DNA from: Chloroflexota bacterium
Lineage (GTDB): Bacteria > Chloroflexota > UBA11872 > VXOZ01
Assembly: GCA_964291655.2 (NCBI GenBank)
Contig: OZ219802.1
Span: 1,696,001 to 1,760,000, forward strand
Length of the DNA: 64,000 bases
Direction: 5' to 3'
A program made the translations under genes and the position numbers. Shown here in pieces: positions 29,189 through 38,412 of this stretch (position 1 is the stretch's first letter; every line of letters starts with the position of its first letter). Below the pieces are notes generated by a model. It was given only the letters and a program-made list of their open reading frames with translations, made no database searches and had not been told where the DNA came from.

Positions 29189-29665
29189 TTAGGCGCGGTC
29201 CGGCGCGTCCGCTGCCGCCTGCGCTTCCGTGAGTTTTACTGCGGTGCTCCCCTCTTTTTTGAGAATCATCGTCGCGGTATCAAGGTCGGTGCACCGCACG
29301 ACCACAAGGGCTTGGACGCTGGTATCTTGCACTTCTATCGGGAGCGCCTTTTGACTGGTTAGGCGAATGTTAAGAAGCGCGCCGGCCGCGCCGCACAAAA
29401 CCATGACTGGCAGTAAGAATTCGCTCGGCACGACGAAGACCGTGCCGAGACCCAGCGCCCCGCCGATAACGCCCCCTTGCGCGCCGCGTAAGACAAGGCG
29501 GATCAACGCAGCCCGAGAGCCTTCGTGCTCGACTTTGACCATCTCCACTTCGAAGCCAAGCACCGCCAGCTCCTCTACCGCAAGGAGCGCCGCACTCCGC
29601 GTGTGGAACGATCCGATGAGTTGGCTTGCCATCACGCACCCCATTCGGTTTGAAAGAGCCGCCAT
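29189..29665 (-). CDS. Hypothetical membrane protein
   Basis: Gly-rich double TM segment (GGVIGGALGLG); start uncertain. Confidence 0.55.
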   Translation of the reverse strand: MAALSNRMGCVMASQLIGSFHTRSAALLAVEELAVLGFEVEMVKVEHEGSRAALIRLVLRGAQGGVIGGALGLGTVFVVPSEFLLPVMVLCGAAGALLNIRLTSQKALPIEVQDTSVQALVVVRCTDLDTATMILKKEGSTAVKLTEAQAAADAPDRA

Positions 29666-29787
29666 TTAGCACCAGGGCCGCTGAATTCAGAGACTTCTCT
29701 TCGAAGCCGTTTCAACAGGCTTCTCACATTGCTCCATAGCATGCGGTATGGCGGCAGCAAGAGGATCAAATAACTATGGTTTGTGCA

Positions 29788-30153
29788 CTACTCGGCGCGG
29801 CGGGTGAGCAACGTCACCGCGTAGATCAGGCCGAGGAGCGGGACCACCGAAAAGACCAGTGCCAGCCACCAGTCGCCTTTCATGTTTCCTGACAGGATGG
29901 AGAGCGCCAGCGAGGCATCGGCAAGCATGTTTACCAAAATGAGTGCCGACCCAATCATCAGCAGCCTGCGAGACGGTTCACGCAGTATAACCATATACAG
30001 GAGCACAGCAGCCGTGACGGGGTGGACCAGCATGAGCGTGAGGCGCGACCAGAGGTCTCCGCCGTCCGCGAAGCCGCCCGTTAAGGCTGTCAATGCGGCG
30101 AGAAGCGCGTGAATTACTCCCAGCGCCAGTACTACGACCCGAAGAGTCTTCAT
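29788..30153 (-). CDS. Hypothetical 4-TM membrane protein
   Basis: Four hydrophobic helices; AGGAG RBS. Confidence 0.7.
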   Translation of the reverse strand: MKTLRVVVLALGVIHALLAALTALTGGFADGGDLWSRLTLMLVHPVTAAVLLYMVILREPSRRLLMIGSALILVNMLADASLALSILSGNMKGDWWLALVFSVVPLLGLIYAVTLLTRRAE

Positions 30154-30414
30154 GTCTGCTCCTAGACCTCGCTTACTCTCTCCCGGAAACGCACTACGGA
30201 CAAGACATGCGTGTACTTCATTCCCGCTGCATGTAGAATTGGCCGCCGCTACCTGAAACTGTAATCCAACGGGGCGGGTATCAATTGGGAGGAATTGTGT
30301 CGCCAGTCGCGTAGCGAGCCGTGGATCGACAAAGAGTCAGGGCATTCAACGCTATGAAGGAACTACAATCCGGCAAATCTACCAAGGGCTCCCGGCACCA
30401 GCGACAAAGACGCT

Positions 30415-30444
30415 TTGATGCGTTGCTACGCTCTAGTATATAAT
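30415..30444 (+). promoter_or_regulatory. Putative sigma70 promoter of the EF-G paralogue
   Basis: TTGATG, 18 bp, TATAAT. Confidence 0.5.
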
Positions 30445-30494
30445 GCCAGACTTAAGTGCACTATACCTCTTTCTCCAGTAAGGGTACAAACCGT

Positions 30495-32576
30495 ATGAAG
30501 GCGTATGCAACGGACACGATTCGTAATGTTGGGCTCTATTCCCACGTGGGCGCAGGCAAAACTTCTCTCGCAGAAGCAATGCTCTTCGCGACCGGTGCGA
30601 TCAATCGTCTTGGCTCCGTAGACAATGGCAGCACGGTCTCGGACTACGATCCGGACGAGGTCAAGCGCCAGATCTCTCTCAATCTTTCGCTTGTGCCGGT
30701 AGAGTGGAGCGATTCCAAGATCAATCTACTCGACACGCCAGGTTACGCCGACTTCTCCGGAGAGGTAGCCAGCGCTCTCCACGTTTCGGACGGCGCGGTG
30801 CTGGTCGTCGACGTGGCCAGCGGCGTGCAGGTCGGAACCGAAGAGTCCTGGGAGCGGATTACCGCCCATGAACTCCCGCGCTTGATCTTCGTCAATCGCA
30901 TGGACCGTGAGAATGCCGACTACGACAGCACTGTGGAAAGCCTCCGCGAGTTCTTTGGCAACAGTGTCGCGCCGCTGCATGTTCCCATTGGCGCCGAGGA
31001 TGACTTCAAGGGCGTGGTGGATATTTTGTCAAACACGGCCTACCTGTATGCCGATAACGCAGTGACCGAAGCCGCCGTGCCCGACGATCTTGAAGATACG
31101 GTGGAAGAGTTCCGTATGACTCTCATCGAGAATGTGGTGGAACTCGACGACGGTCTGACGGAGAAGTACTTGGAAGGCGAGGACATTACCGCCGATGAGC
31201 TGCAGGCCGCGCTCCACGAAGGCGTGCGGACCGGTCAAGTGACGCCGGTGCTGTGCGGCTCCGCAACGCGCAATGTCGGCGTGCACGCCCTTATGGACGC
31301 TATCGTCCGCTACCTTCCCTCACCTGCCGAGACCGCTGCCGCTAAGGCGACGCTGGAGGGCGAGGAGCAAGAGCTTGCCGCAGAATCCGATGGTCCGCTT
31401 GCCGCTTTCGTTTTCAAGACCCTGGCGGATCCCTACGTCGGCAAACTGTCTTTCATCCGTGTCTACTCAGGCACGCTTAGCTCAGATTCCCGCGTTTGGA
31501 ACGCAAATGCTGGATCTGAGGAACGCATCGGTCAGTTGCTCACGGTGCGCGGCCGCGAGCAGGAACCGGCAGACCACATTGCCGCCGGTGATATGGGCAC
31601 GGTTGCCAAGCTGGCAGAGACCCTTACCAGCCACACGCTGACTGAACGCAAGCAACCGCTGGTGCTGCCGGCCGTAACGTTCCCCCAGTGGCTCTTCACC
31701 GCCGCGATCGAGCCGACGTCGAAAGAAGACCTGGAAAAATTGAGTAGCGCGCTTGCGCGCGTCACGGAAGAAGACCCCAGCCTGCACGTGGAACGCCAAC
31801 CAATTACGGGTCAGACGCTCCTCTCCGGCATCGGGGAGACACACATCAACGTCGCGCTGGAACGCATGAAGCGCAAGTTTGGCGCAGACGTAAAGACCAT
31901 ACCGGTGAAAGTTCCGTATAAAGAGACGATCATGGGCACCGCCGCGGCCGAAGGACGCTTTGTACGGCAGACCGGCGGCCACGGCCAATACGCCGTCTGC
32001 AATATCGAGATTGAGCCCACGGGGAGAGGCGAGGGCTTCGAATTTGTGGATAAGATCTTCGGCGGCGCAATTTCAGCCCCATTCCGCGAGGCGGTGCACA
32101 AGGGGGTGCGCGAAGCCATGAAAGAGGGCACGCTCGCCAGCGGCGAAGTGGTAGACGTCCGCGTAAGGCTTGTAGATGGCAAAGAACACACGGTCGATTC
32201 TTCCGATCTGGCGTTTCAGATTGCCGGGTCCATGGCACTTGGTGAAGCCATGGATAGGGCCAAACCCGTCCTCCTGGAGCCGGTCTTGCAGATGAAGGTG
32301 CGCGTGCCGGAAGACCGCATGGGCGACGTGATTGGCGATCTCACAAGCCGCCGCGCCAGGGTGCACAACATGGACATGGTGTCACCCGGAACTATGGAAG
32401 TGGAGGCGGAAGTGCCCCAGGCAGAAGTGCTGCGCTACGCTACCGACCTGCGCTCGCTCACGCAAGGGCGCGCCACCTTTTTTTCTGAATTCATAGGATA
32501 CGAGCAAGTGCCCGCCAGCACCCAGGAACAGGTGGTAGAGGCGCACAAACGCGAAAAGGAAGAAGCCTCGGCGTAA
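30495..32576 (+). CDS. fusA: Elongation factor G paralogue (EF-G2 type, outside the str operon)
   Basis: HVGAGKTS, DTPG, NRMD, RQTGGHGQY, H.VDSS, LLEP, LRSLTQGRA. Confidence 0.92.
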   Translation: MKAYATDTIRNVGLYSHVGAGKTSLAEAMLFATGAINRLGSVDNGSTVSDYDPDEVKRQISLNLSLVPVEWSDSKINLLDTPGYADFSGEVASALHVSDGAVLVVDVASGVQVGTEESWERITAHELPRLIFVNRMDRENADYDSTVESLREFFGNSVAPLHVPIGAEDDFKGVVDILSNTAYLYADNAVTEAAVPDDLEDTVEEFRMTLIENVVELDDGLTEKYLEGEDITADELQAALHEGVRTGQVTPVLCGSATRNVGVHALMDAIVRYLPSPAETAAAKATLEGEEQELAAESDGPLAAFVFKTLADPYVGKLSFIRVYSGTLSSDSRVWNANAGSEERIGQLLTVRGREQEPADHIAAGDMGTVAKLAETLTSHTLTERKQPLVLPAVTFPQWLFTAAIEPTSKEDLEKLSSALARVTEEDPSLHVERQPITGQTLLSGIGETHINVALERMKRKFGADVKTIPVKVPYKETIMGTAAAEGRFVRQTGGHGQYAVCNIEIEPTGRGEGFEFVDKIFGGAISAPFREAVHKGVREAMKEGTLASGEVVDVRVRLVDGKEHTVDSSDLAFQIAGSMALGEAMDRAKPVLLEPVLQMKVRVPEDRMGDVIGDLTSRRARVHNMDMVSPGTMEVEAEVPQAEVLRYATDLRSLTQGRATFFSEFIGYEQVPASTQEQVVEAHKREKEEASA

Positions 32577-32666
32577 CACCGGCAACTCACACGCACTTTG
32601 CCTGCAGGGCGCAAAAGACATGCGCAGCCTGTGGGAAGAGCGTAGCCAGAGTTAATCCGTCATTCC

Positions 32667-32934
32667 TGTAAATGTCAGGTGATTCGTTGACAGATTTGAG
32701 AACAAAAGCAACTGAACGCAGTACTCTACATGAACAGTAAAGATGTCATTCCGAAAGGAGCGCAGCGAAGAGTCGCTCGGAGCGCGGAATCTAAGATGTT
32801 GAGCCTATTGGGCGACACGTTGCATAGGCCCTAGATTCCGCGAACAAGGTTCGACGCTCCGCTCGGAATGACATGATCTGTCAACACTGCCAGTTTGGGA
32901 GAGAATTCTGTCAACGAATTACTCAACACTTACA
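32667..32934. mobile_element. TGT..ACA MITE (family 2, copy 1) inserted in a CGTC REP
   Basis: IRs TGTAAATGTCAGGTGATTCGTTGACAGA / TCTGTCAACGAATTACTCAACACTTACA; duplication ATTCC (32662-32666 / 32935-32939). Confidence 0.85.
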
Positions 32935-33238
32935 ATTCCGGCGAAAGCCGCAATCCAGCGCCCGGCACAGCGAGCACATCCTGAATTCCTGCCTTCGCGG
33001 GGAGGCCGGTCCGGTAGCGTAGGTTTGCAACCTGCGCGCGTGTGAATTCCTACCCTGTATCGTGCACGCGGCGTACGTTGCGCTATCCAGGCCAGCAGGT
33101 ACAATACCGCGCATCCCTCCAAGAGACTCACTCTCCCTGAGTAGAGGGGAATTCTTCGCCGCACCAGTCTTACCCCACGTGTTCATCCGACTTACGCTAA
33201 GATCTACCTAAACGTTGTCACTCTCGCGGAGGTAGGGT

Positions 33239-33559
33239 ATGAAACCGTTTAACGTCGCGCCGATTCTCGCAGAAGACTCGCTCTTTCGCATTGTTGCCGG
33301 CACGGCACAGAGTCAAGTCGGCATTCTGATACTCGGGCCCGGCGAGAAGACCGGCGGCCTCCATGCCAGCGACCACCCGGATTCCGATCAAGTGGTCTAC
33401 GTCGTCTCCGGTCACGGCGAAGCTACCGTGGGTGACGAAACCGCCCCCCTTGCCCCCGGCGACGTGCTCATCATCGACGCCGGCGACCCCCACGAACTCC
33501 GCTGCACCGGCGATGAACCCCTCCGCACGCTGAACGTGTATGCTCCAGCCGCGTATTGA
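33239..33559 (+). CDS. Cupin domain protein
   Basis: HPDSDQVVYVVSG, PGD.LII.AG.PH. Confidence 0.85.
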   Translation: MKPFNVAPILAEDSLFRIVAGTAQSQVGILILGPGEKTGGLHASDHPDSDQVVYVVSGHGEATVGDETAPLAPGDVLIIDAGDPHELRCTGDEPLRTLNVYAPAAY

Positions 33560-33627
33560 AAGATGATACCTTAATCGTCCGCTGTTTGAGGTTGCCGTGA
33601 AGTGTGGTTCAGTTAAGGGGAAGTGTT

Positions 33628-35217
33628 ATGCGGGACACGTCAGCAATTATGCGACGGGTAAAGTCGCGTGACACTGCGCCCGAAATGGCCGTCAGACGAG
33701 CGCTTTGGAAACAAGGGGTACGCTACCGTCTCCATATCCACAACCTGCCCGGGAAACCGGATTTGGCGCTGCTCAAGAAGCGGATTGCTATCTTTATTGA
33801 CGGTGACTTCTGGCATGGTGGACAATGGCGGAAGCGAAAGCTCAGGGGGCTGCAAGAGCAATTTCGCGCCACTCCGTCGAAAGGCTATTGGATGAGCAAG
33901 ATCCGGCGCAACATGGAACGAGACGCCAAGAACACAGCCGCTCTCTTGGAGGAGGGATGGACCGTTTTGCGACTATGGGAGAGCGACATTGAAAACGACC
34001 TAGCGCAATCAGTCCGGACAACCGTGGATCTATCTCGGAACGGCGTTGAGCCGTCGAGCATAGCGCTTCTGCCGCAGCGCACTGTCGCGGAGTTTTTTGC
34101 GGGCATTGGGTTAGTACGCTTAGGTCTTGAGCGTCAAGGATGGTCCGTCAAGTACGCAAATGATATTGACCCTGACAAGGTAAAGATGTATGCAACACAC
34201 TTTGCAGAAGATGCTGACTGTCTACACATGGGCGATGTCCATGAGATTGACCCAGAGACTCTGCCGTCAGTAACGCTTGCCACCGCCTCCTTCCCATGCA
34301 ACGACCTGTCGTTAGCGGGCGCGAGAAAGGGCCTTGCGGGCAAGCAGTCATCAGCATTTTGGGGGTTCGTGCGCGTCCTGGAGTACATGGGGGAGCGGAA
34401 GCCGCCGTTGGTTTTGATTGAGAATGTGCCCGGCTTCCTCACGTCCCGGCAAGGCGAGGACTTTAGGCAGGCGCTCACGGCGCTCAATGAACTAGGCTAC
34501 GCTGTAGACCCGTTCATCATAGACGCCGCGCATTTTGTGCCTCAAAGCCGTGCGCGGCTCTTCATAGTCGGCCAGTTGTGGGAGAGAAACCGGACTCAGG
34601 AATCCAATATCCTCCAGGAAGGGGCTATTGCCGCTACACGGCCAGATCGGTTGCTCTCCTTTATCGCGGCGCATCCTGAAATCACGTGGCGTATTCGTCC
34701 TCTGCCGCCGTTGCCGCAGCGGACGCAAAACCTCGATGCGGTCTTAGAGGATTTGCCCGATGATGCGCCGGAATGGTGGAGCGAAGAAAGAGCGGCGTAC
34801 TTGCTCAACCAGATGAGCGAGCGTCACCGCGCAGTAGCGGACCGCATGATTGATGGCTCCTGTTGGTCGTACGGAACCGTGTTCCGCCGTGTGCGCTATG
34901 GCCGATCAATGGCGGAACTACGCGTCGATGGGATCGCTGGCTGCCTGCGCACGCCACTAGGCGGCAGTGGTCGGCAAATCCTCTTCAAGGCCGGCAATGG
35001 GCGATATTACGCCCGGTTGTTGACGCCGCGGGAGTGCGCTCGCCTCATGGGAGCGGGTGATTTCATCATCGATGCGCCACTCAATCAAGCGCTCTACGCC
35101 TTTGGGGACGCGGTGTGTGTGCCGGTGATTGACTGGATTGCGGAGCACTACCTAAATCCAGTCGTAAATGAGCGGATGCGCGGCTATCCGTTGCGGCTTA
35201 CGCCGGAGCCACGATGA
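33628..35217 (+). CDS. Fusion of Vsr very-short-patch endonuclease and DNA cytosine-C5 methyltransferase
   Basis: N-terminal SRDTAPE..LPGKPD..FIDGDFWHG (Vsr); then FFAGIG, FPCNDLS, ENV, QSRAR, RLLTPRECARL (C5 MTase motifs). Confidence 0.9.
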   Translation: MRDTSAIMRRVKSRDTAPEMAVRRALWKQGVRYRLHIHNLPGKPDLALLKKRIAIFIDGDFWHGGQWRKRKLRGLQEQFRATPSKGYWMSKIRRNMERDAKNTAALLEEGWTVLRLWESDIENDLAQSVRTTVDLSRNGVEPSSIALLPQRTVAEFFAGIGLVRLGLERQGWSVKYANDIDPDKVKMYATHFAEDADCLHMGDVHEIDPETLPSVTLATASFPCNDLSLAGARKGLAGKQSSAFWGFVRVLEYMGERKPPLVLIENVPGFLTSRQGEDFRQALTALNELGYAVDPFIIDAAHFVPQSRARLFIVGQLWERNRTQESNILQEGAIAATRPDRLLSFIAAHPEITWRIRPLPPLPQRTQNLDAVLEDLPDDAPEWWSEERAAYLLNQMSERHRAVADRMIDGSCWSYGTVFRRVRYGRSMAELRVDGIAGCLRTPLGGSGRQILFKAGNGRYYARLLTPRECARLMGAGDFIIDAPLNQALYAFGDAVCVPVIDWIAEHYLNPVVNERMRGYPLRLTPEPR

Positions 35218-36185
35218 GCGCCAGCGACGAGCAAACAGGCCTCACGGCGATCAAAGCATGGCACGACGCATTGCCCAATTATCAGGGCGGTAAAGCGCGT
35301 GGCAGCATCGCCGCCGCGCTGGTCGTGCTTGAACGCTTGAAAGATAGTTATGGTCTTGACGTAGACACCCATACCGCAAGAGGAGGAGCGCAGGTCAGTG
35401 GCCTTACGCCAGGACGAGTCGCGTCTATTCTCGCGAGGTTCGGCGAAGAGAGACCCTTCTTGCGTGAAGGGGGAAGAACTAATCGAGGCGCGCGCGGCGC
35501 CGTAGCGAGTCTCCTTGATGCGCTGCAGCCCTTAGCTCTGGAGAACCTGCCCCAAACGGAGCGTGACAGCATATTGGAAACTCTGCAAGGATTCTTGGCA
35601 GAGCGTGTTGTCGAGTATTTCAACCGACAGCGCTTAGATCCTCTCTACAACCCGGCCGCGAGTACCTGGCATGCTGTTCACGAGATACTGCTAAAGGCCG
35701 CTGAAGCGGGAAAATCCGGGCCAGTAGCACAGCATCTGGTGGGCGCGAAACTGCAATTGCGTTTTCCCGATATACCGGTGGAGAATAATCCCGCAAGCGC
35801 CGCTGACCAGCAAACCGGGCGCGCCGGTGACTTTCAGATTGGAGACACCGCGTTCCACGTCACCGTTGCTCCCACAAGAGACAATCTCTTCGAGAGGGTG
35901 AAGAAGAATATCCAGCAAGGGATCCGCGTCTATGTCTTGGTGCCTGACGAGAAAGTGACGACCGCGCGGGGATACGCGGAAGAACAGCTACTCGGCCAAG
36001 CGTCCCAAGTCGCGGTGTGTGCGATCGAGTCGTTTGTGGCGCATAACGTCGATGAACTATCCACGTTTGTCAAGGGCCGGCTGCTGCAGGGGTTTCGGGC
36101 GCTTCTCGATACGTATAACCGGCGCGCAGACGCGGTGGAAACGGATAAGTCCATACTGATTGAAATTCCGGCCACGCTTCTCTGA
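35214..36185 (+). CDS. DUF4928-like protein, putative restriction endonuclease partner
   Basis: ATGA overlap with the MTase; EGGRTNRG, AQHLVGAKL, AADQQTGRAGDF, FHVTVAP. Confidence 0.7.
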   Translation: MSASDEQTGLTAIKAWHDALPNYQGGKARGSIAAALVVLERLKDSYGLDVDTHTARGGAQVSGLTPGRVASILARFGEERPFLREGGRTNRGARGAVASLLDALQPLALENLPQTERDSILETLQGFLAERVVEYFNRQRLDPLYNPAASTWHAVHEILLKAAEAGKSGPVAQHLVGAKLQLRFPDIPVENNPASAADQQTGRAGDFQIGDTAFHVTVAPTRDNLFERVKKNIQQGIRVYVLVPDEKVTTARGYAEEQLLGQASQVAVCAIESFVAHNVDELSTFVKGRLLQGFRALLDTYNRRADAVETDKSILIEIPATLL

Positions 36186-36233
36186 CAGCGAGACGATATG
36201 TCTGCGTCAGTCCATTCCGGCAGGCGGTGAACA

Positions 36234-36416
36234 ATGTCAACCGAGGAAGAAAGAACTACAGAAAAAGCGCCAACTCAAGACCGGAACGACATTCCTTTTG
36301 AGAAAGGTTATCAGCCGGAGAGGGGCAACTTAGACCCCCAGAATCCTCCTCAGGGCGGCTCCGGTGTTCCTCCAAAGGCGCAGACTGGCGCGGGCCAAGC
36401 TGAGAAAGACGATTAG
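36234..36416 (+). CDS. Small hypothetical protein
   Basis: 60 aa, low complexity, KGYQP...NPPQGGSGVP; in operon orientation. Confidence 0.5.
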   Translation: MSTEEERTTEKAPTQDRNDIPFEKGYQPERGNLDPQNPPQGGSGVPPKAQTGAGQAEKDD

Positions 36417-36537
36417 GCACACCGCCCTGCACATCGATCGTCAAGATCTTGCGGGTTTAGGGTCTATGTTGGGATTATCGAACCAACACAGTCATGAGTA
36501 GTCTGGCGGTGTCAAGTCCGCTTGACGGAGCAGGGCT

Positions 36538-37227
36538 ATGGAGACCTCCACCACAGTCAAGCGCATCGTGTGTCTCGCCAACTCGCGCAAAGAGGGAGAT
36601 CGGTGCATCGCGGGCAAGGAACTCTTGGCGGATGGCAGTCCCGGCCCTTGGGTACGGCCCGTCAGCGACCGCGAAGACGAGGCGGTGGATGAACGCGAAC
36701 GGCAGTACGCAGACGGCAGCGAGCCGCGTGTGCTCGATGTCATTGATGTGCCGGTACGTGAGCCGCGACCGAAAGGCTATCAGCAAGAGAATTGGCTGCT
36801 TGACCCGAATCGTCGCTGGAGAAAAGCAGAGCGCATTGGGCCGGACGCGCTCAAGGGTCTTGCCGAGCCAGCTGGGCCACTCTGGATAAATGGTTACCAC
36901 ACGCAGCACGGACGAAATGACCGGCTGCCCCTTGAGCGTGCAGTTTCCGTGAATAGTTCGTTGCAGCTCATCAAAGTTGGTAAGCTAGAGCTAGATGTCT
37001 TCGCCCCCGGGATAGAGCAGGGCGACTTCAAGCGGAGGATCAAAGGCCAATTCCGCTATGCCGGGGAAGACTATCGTCTCTGGGTTACCGATCCCGTTTA
37101 TGAGCAGACATACCTGAACCGGCCAAACGCCAGATACCAAATCGGTCAGCGCTTCCTTACCGTTAGTCTGGGCGAGCCGTATCAGGGTTACGCCTATAAG
37201 CTCATCGCAGCCATCATTGAACTCTAA
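36538..37227 (+). CDS. Dual OB-fold domain-like protein
   Basis: IVCLANSRK..RCIAG, WVRPVS, QQENW, VTDP, LTVSLGEP..YKLIAAII. Confidence 0.75.
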   Translation: METSTTVKRIVCLANSRKEGDRCIAGKELLADGSPGPWVRPVSDREDEAVDERERQYADGSEPRVLDVIDVPVREPRPKGYQQENWLLDPNRRWRKAERIGPDALKGLAEPAGPLWINGYHTQHGRNDRLPLERAVSVNSSLQLIKVGKLELDVFAPGIEQGDFKRRIKGQFRYAGEDYRLWVTDPVYEQTYLNRPNARYQIGQRFLTVSLGEPYQGYAYKLIAAIIEL

Positions 37228-37241
37228 CGGAGACTTCTTAC

Positions 37242-37919
37242 GTGACAGAAACGCGGAATCCAGTATTCACCATCGGACACTCCAATCACGAGCCAAAGGA
37301 GTTCGTGACGCTGCTGCAGAGGCACGGCGTCGACGTGGTAGTTGACGTGCGTTCAGCGCCATACAGCCGCTACCTGCCGCACTTCAATAAAGAGCACCTG
37401 GCAGAGACCTTGAAGCAAGCTGCTATTCGCTATTCCTTTAGAGGCCAGGAACTGGGCGGCCAACCGGCGGATCGTGCGTACTACGACGATGAGGGGCGGG
37501 TTGTCTATGACAGGCTGGCGGCAACTGCTGCGTTCAAGGGCGGTATCGAGTACATCATGGACACCGCAGCCGTTCATCCTTCGACACGCTCAGGACGAAC
37601 GGCTGCTTCGCCAGCGCAGCGCCTGGCCCTGATGTGCAGCGAGAAAGAGCCGTTGGACTGTCACCGCACGCTGATGGTCGCCCAATCGTTGGCAGCGCGC
37701 GGTGTGGACGTGGCGCACATTCACGCCGACGGCAATCTGGAAACTCACACCGATGCCGTGAATCGTCTGCTGGATAAGTTCAAATTGCCGCATAACGGCG
37801 ATCTCTTTCGCTCGCGGGAGGCGGTGATTGACGACGCAGTGGAACGCCAGACGCAGCGCGTCGGCGCCCGCTGGCAGGATCAAGCCGCCGGCCGGGCCGA
37901 GTGGGAGCGTGTGACCTGA
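37242..37919 (+). CDS. DUF488 family protein (with in-frame REP insertion)
   Basis: TIGHS, DVRSAPYSR, LGG, MCSEKEPLDCHR. Confidence 0.85.
   Translation: MTETRNPVFTIGHSNHEPKEFVTLLQRHGVDVVVDVRSAPYSRYLPHFNKEHLAETLKQAAIRYSFRGQELGGQPADRAYYDDEGRVVYDRLAATAAFKGGIEYIMDTAAVHPSTRSGRTAASPAQRLALMCSEKEPLDCHRTLMVAQSLAARGVDVAHIHADGNLETHTDAVNRLLDKFKLPHNGDLFRSREAVIDDAVERQTQRVGARWQDQAAGRAEWERVT
37566..37606. repeat. TCGAC..GCTCAG-type REP hairpin inside the DUF488 CDS
   Basis: GCAGCCGTTCATCCT-TCGACACGCTC-AGGACGAACGGCTGC; same family as 53302-53348. Confidence 0.8.
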
Positions 37920-38395
37920 AGCTCTATACCATCGGCTTCACCAAGAAATCAGCGTCTACATTCTTCGAACTGCTGCGGGGATCTGGCGCCGAGCGCCTCG
38001 TGGATGTGCGGTTGCATAACGCCTCGCAACTAGCCGGCTTCGCCAGGGGCGGCAAAGAGAACCTCGCGTACCTGCTGCAAGAAATTTGCCGGATGGAATA
38101 TGTCCACGCACCGGACCTCGCGCCTACAAAGGAACTGCTGGATTCCTACCGTAAGGGAGAGTGTGACTGGGACTCCTACGAGCGTGAATTCGTTGCCCTG
38201 TTGAACGAACGGCGCATATTTACAGAGGGCGTGCAACCCACCGAGGGAATTCGCATCGTTAAGCGATTGAAAGCAACCATCGCCAATAGTTGCCTCCTGT
38301 GCAGCGAGCACGAGCCTGATCACTGCCACCGCCGGCTGGTGGCGGAGTACTTCCAACGGCACTGGGGTGACGTTGAAATCGAGCATCTCATCTAA
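37901..38395 (+). CDS. Second DUF488 family protein
   Basis: LYTIGFTKK, DVRL..SQLAGF, LAPT, LLCSEHEPDHCHRR; start uncertain (GTG 37901 or CTG 37916). Confidence 0.85.
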   Translation: MGACDLKLYTIGFTKKSASTFFELLRGSGAERLVDVRLHNASQLAGFARGGKENLAYLLQEICRMEYVHAPDLAPTKELLDSYRKGECDWDSYEREFVALLNERRIFTEGVQPTEGIRIVKRLKATIANSCLLCSEHEPDHCHRRLVAEYFQRHWGDVEIEHLI

Positions 38396-38412
38396 GTCAA
38401 AGGGCCTAGACT

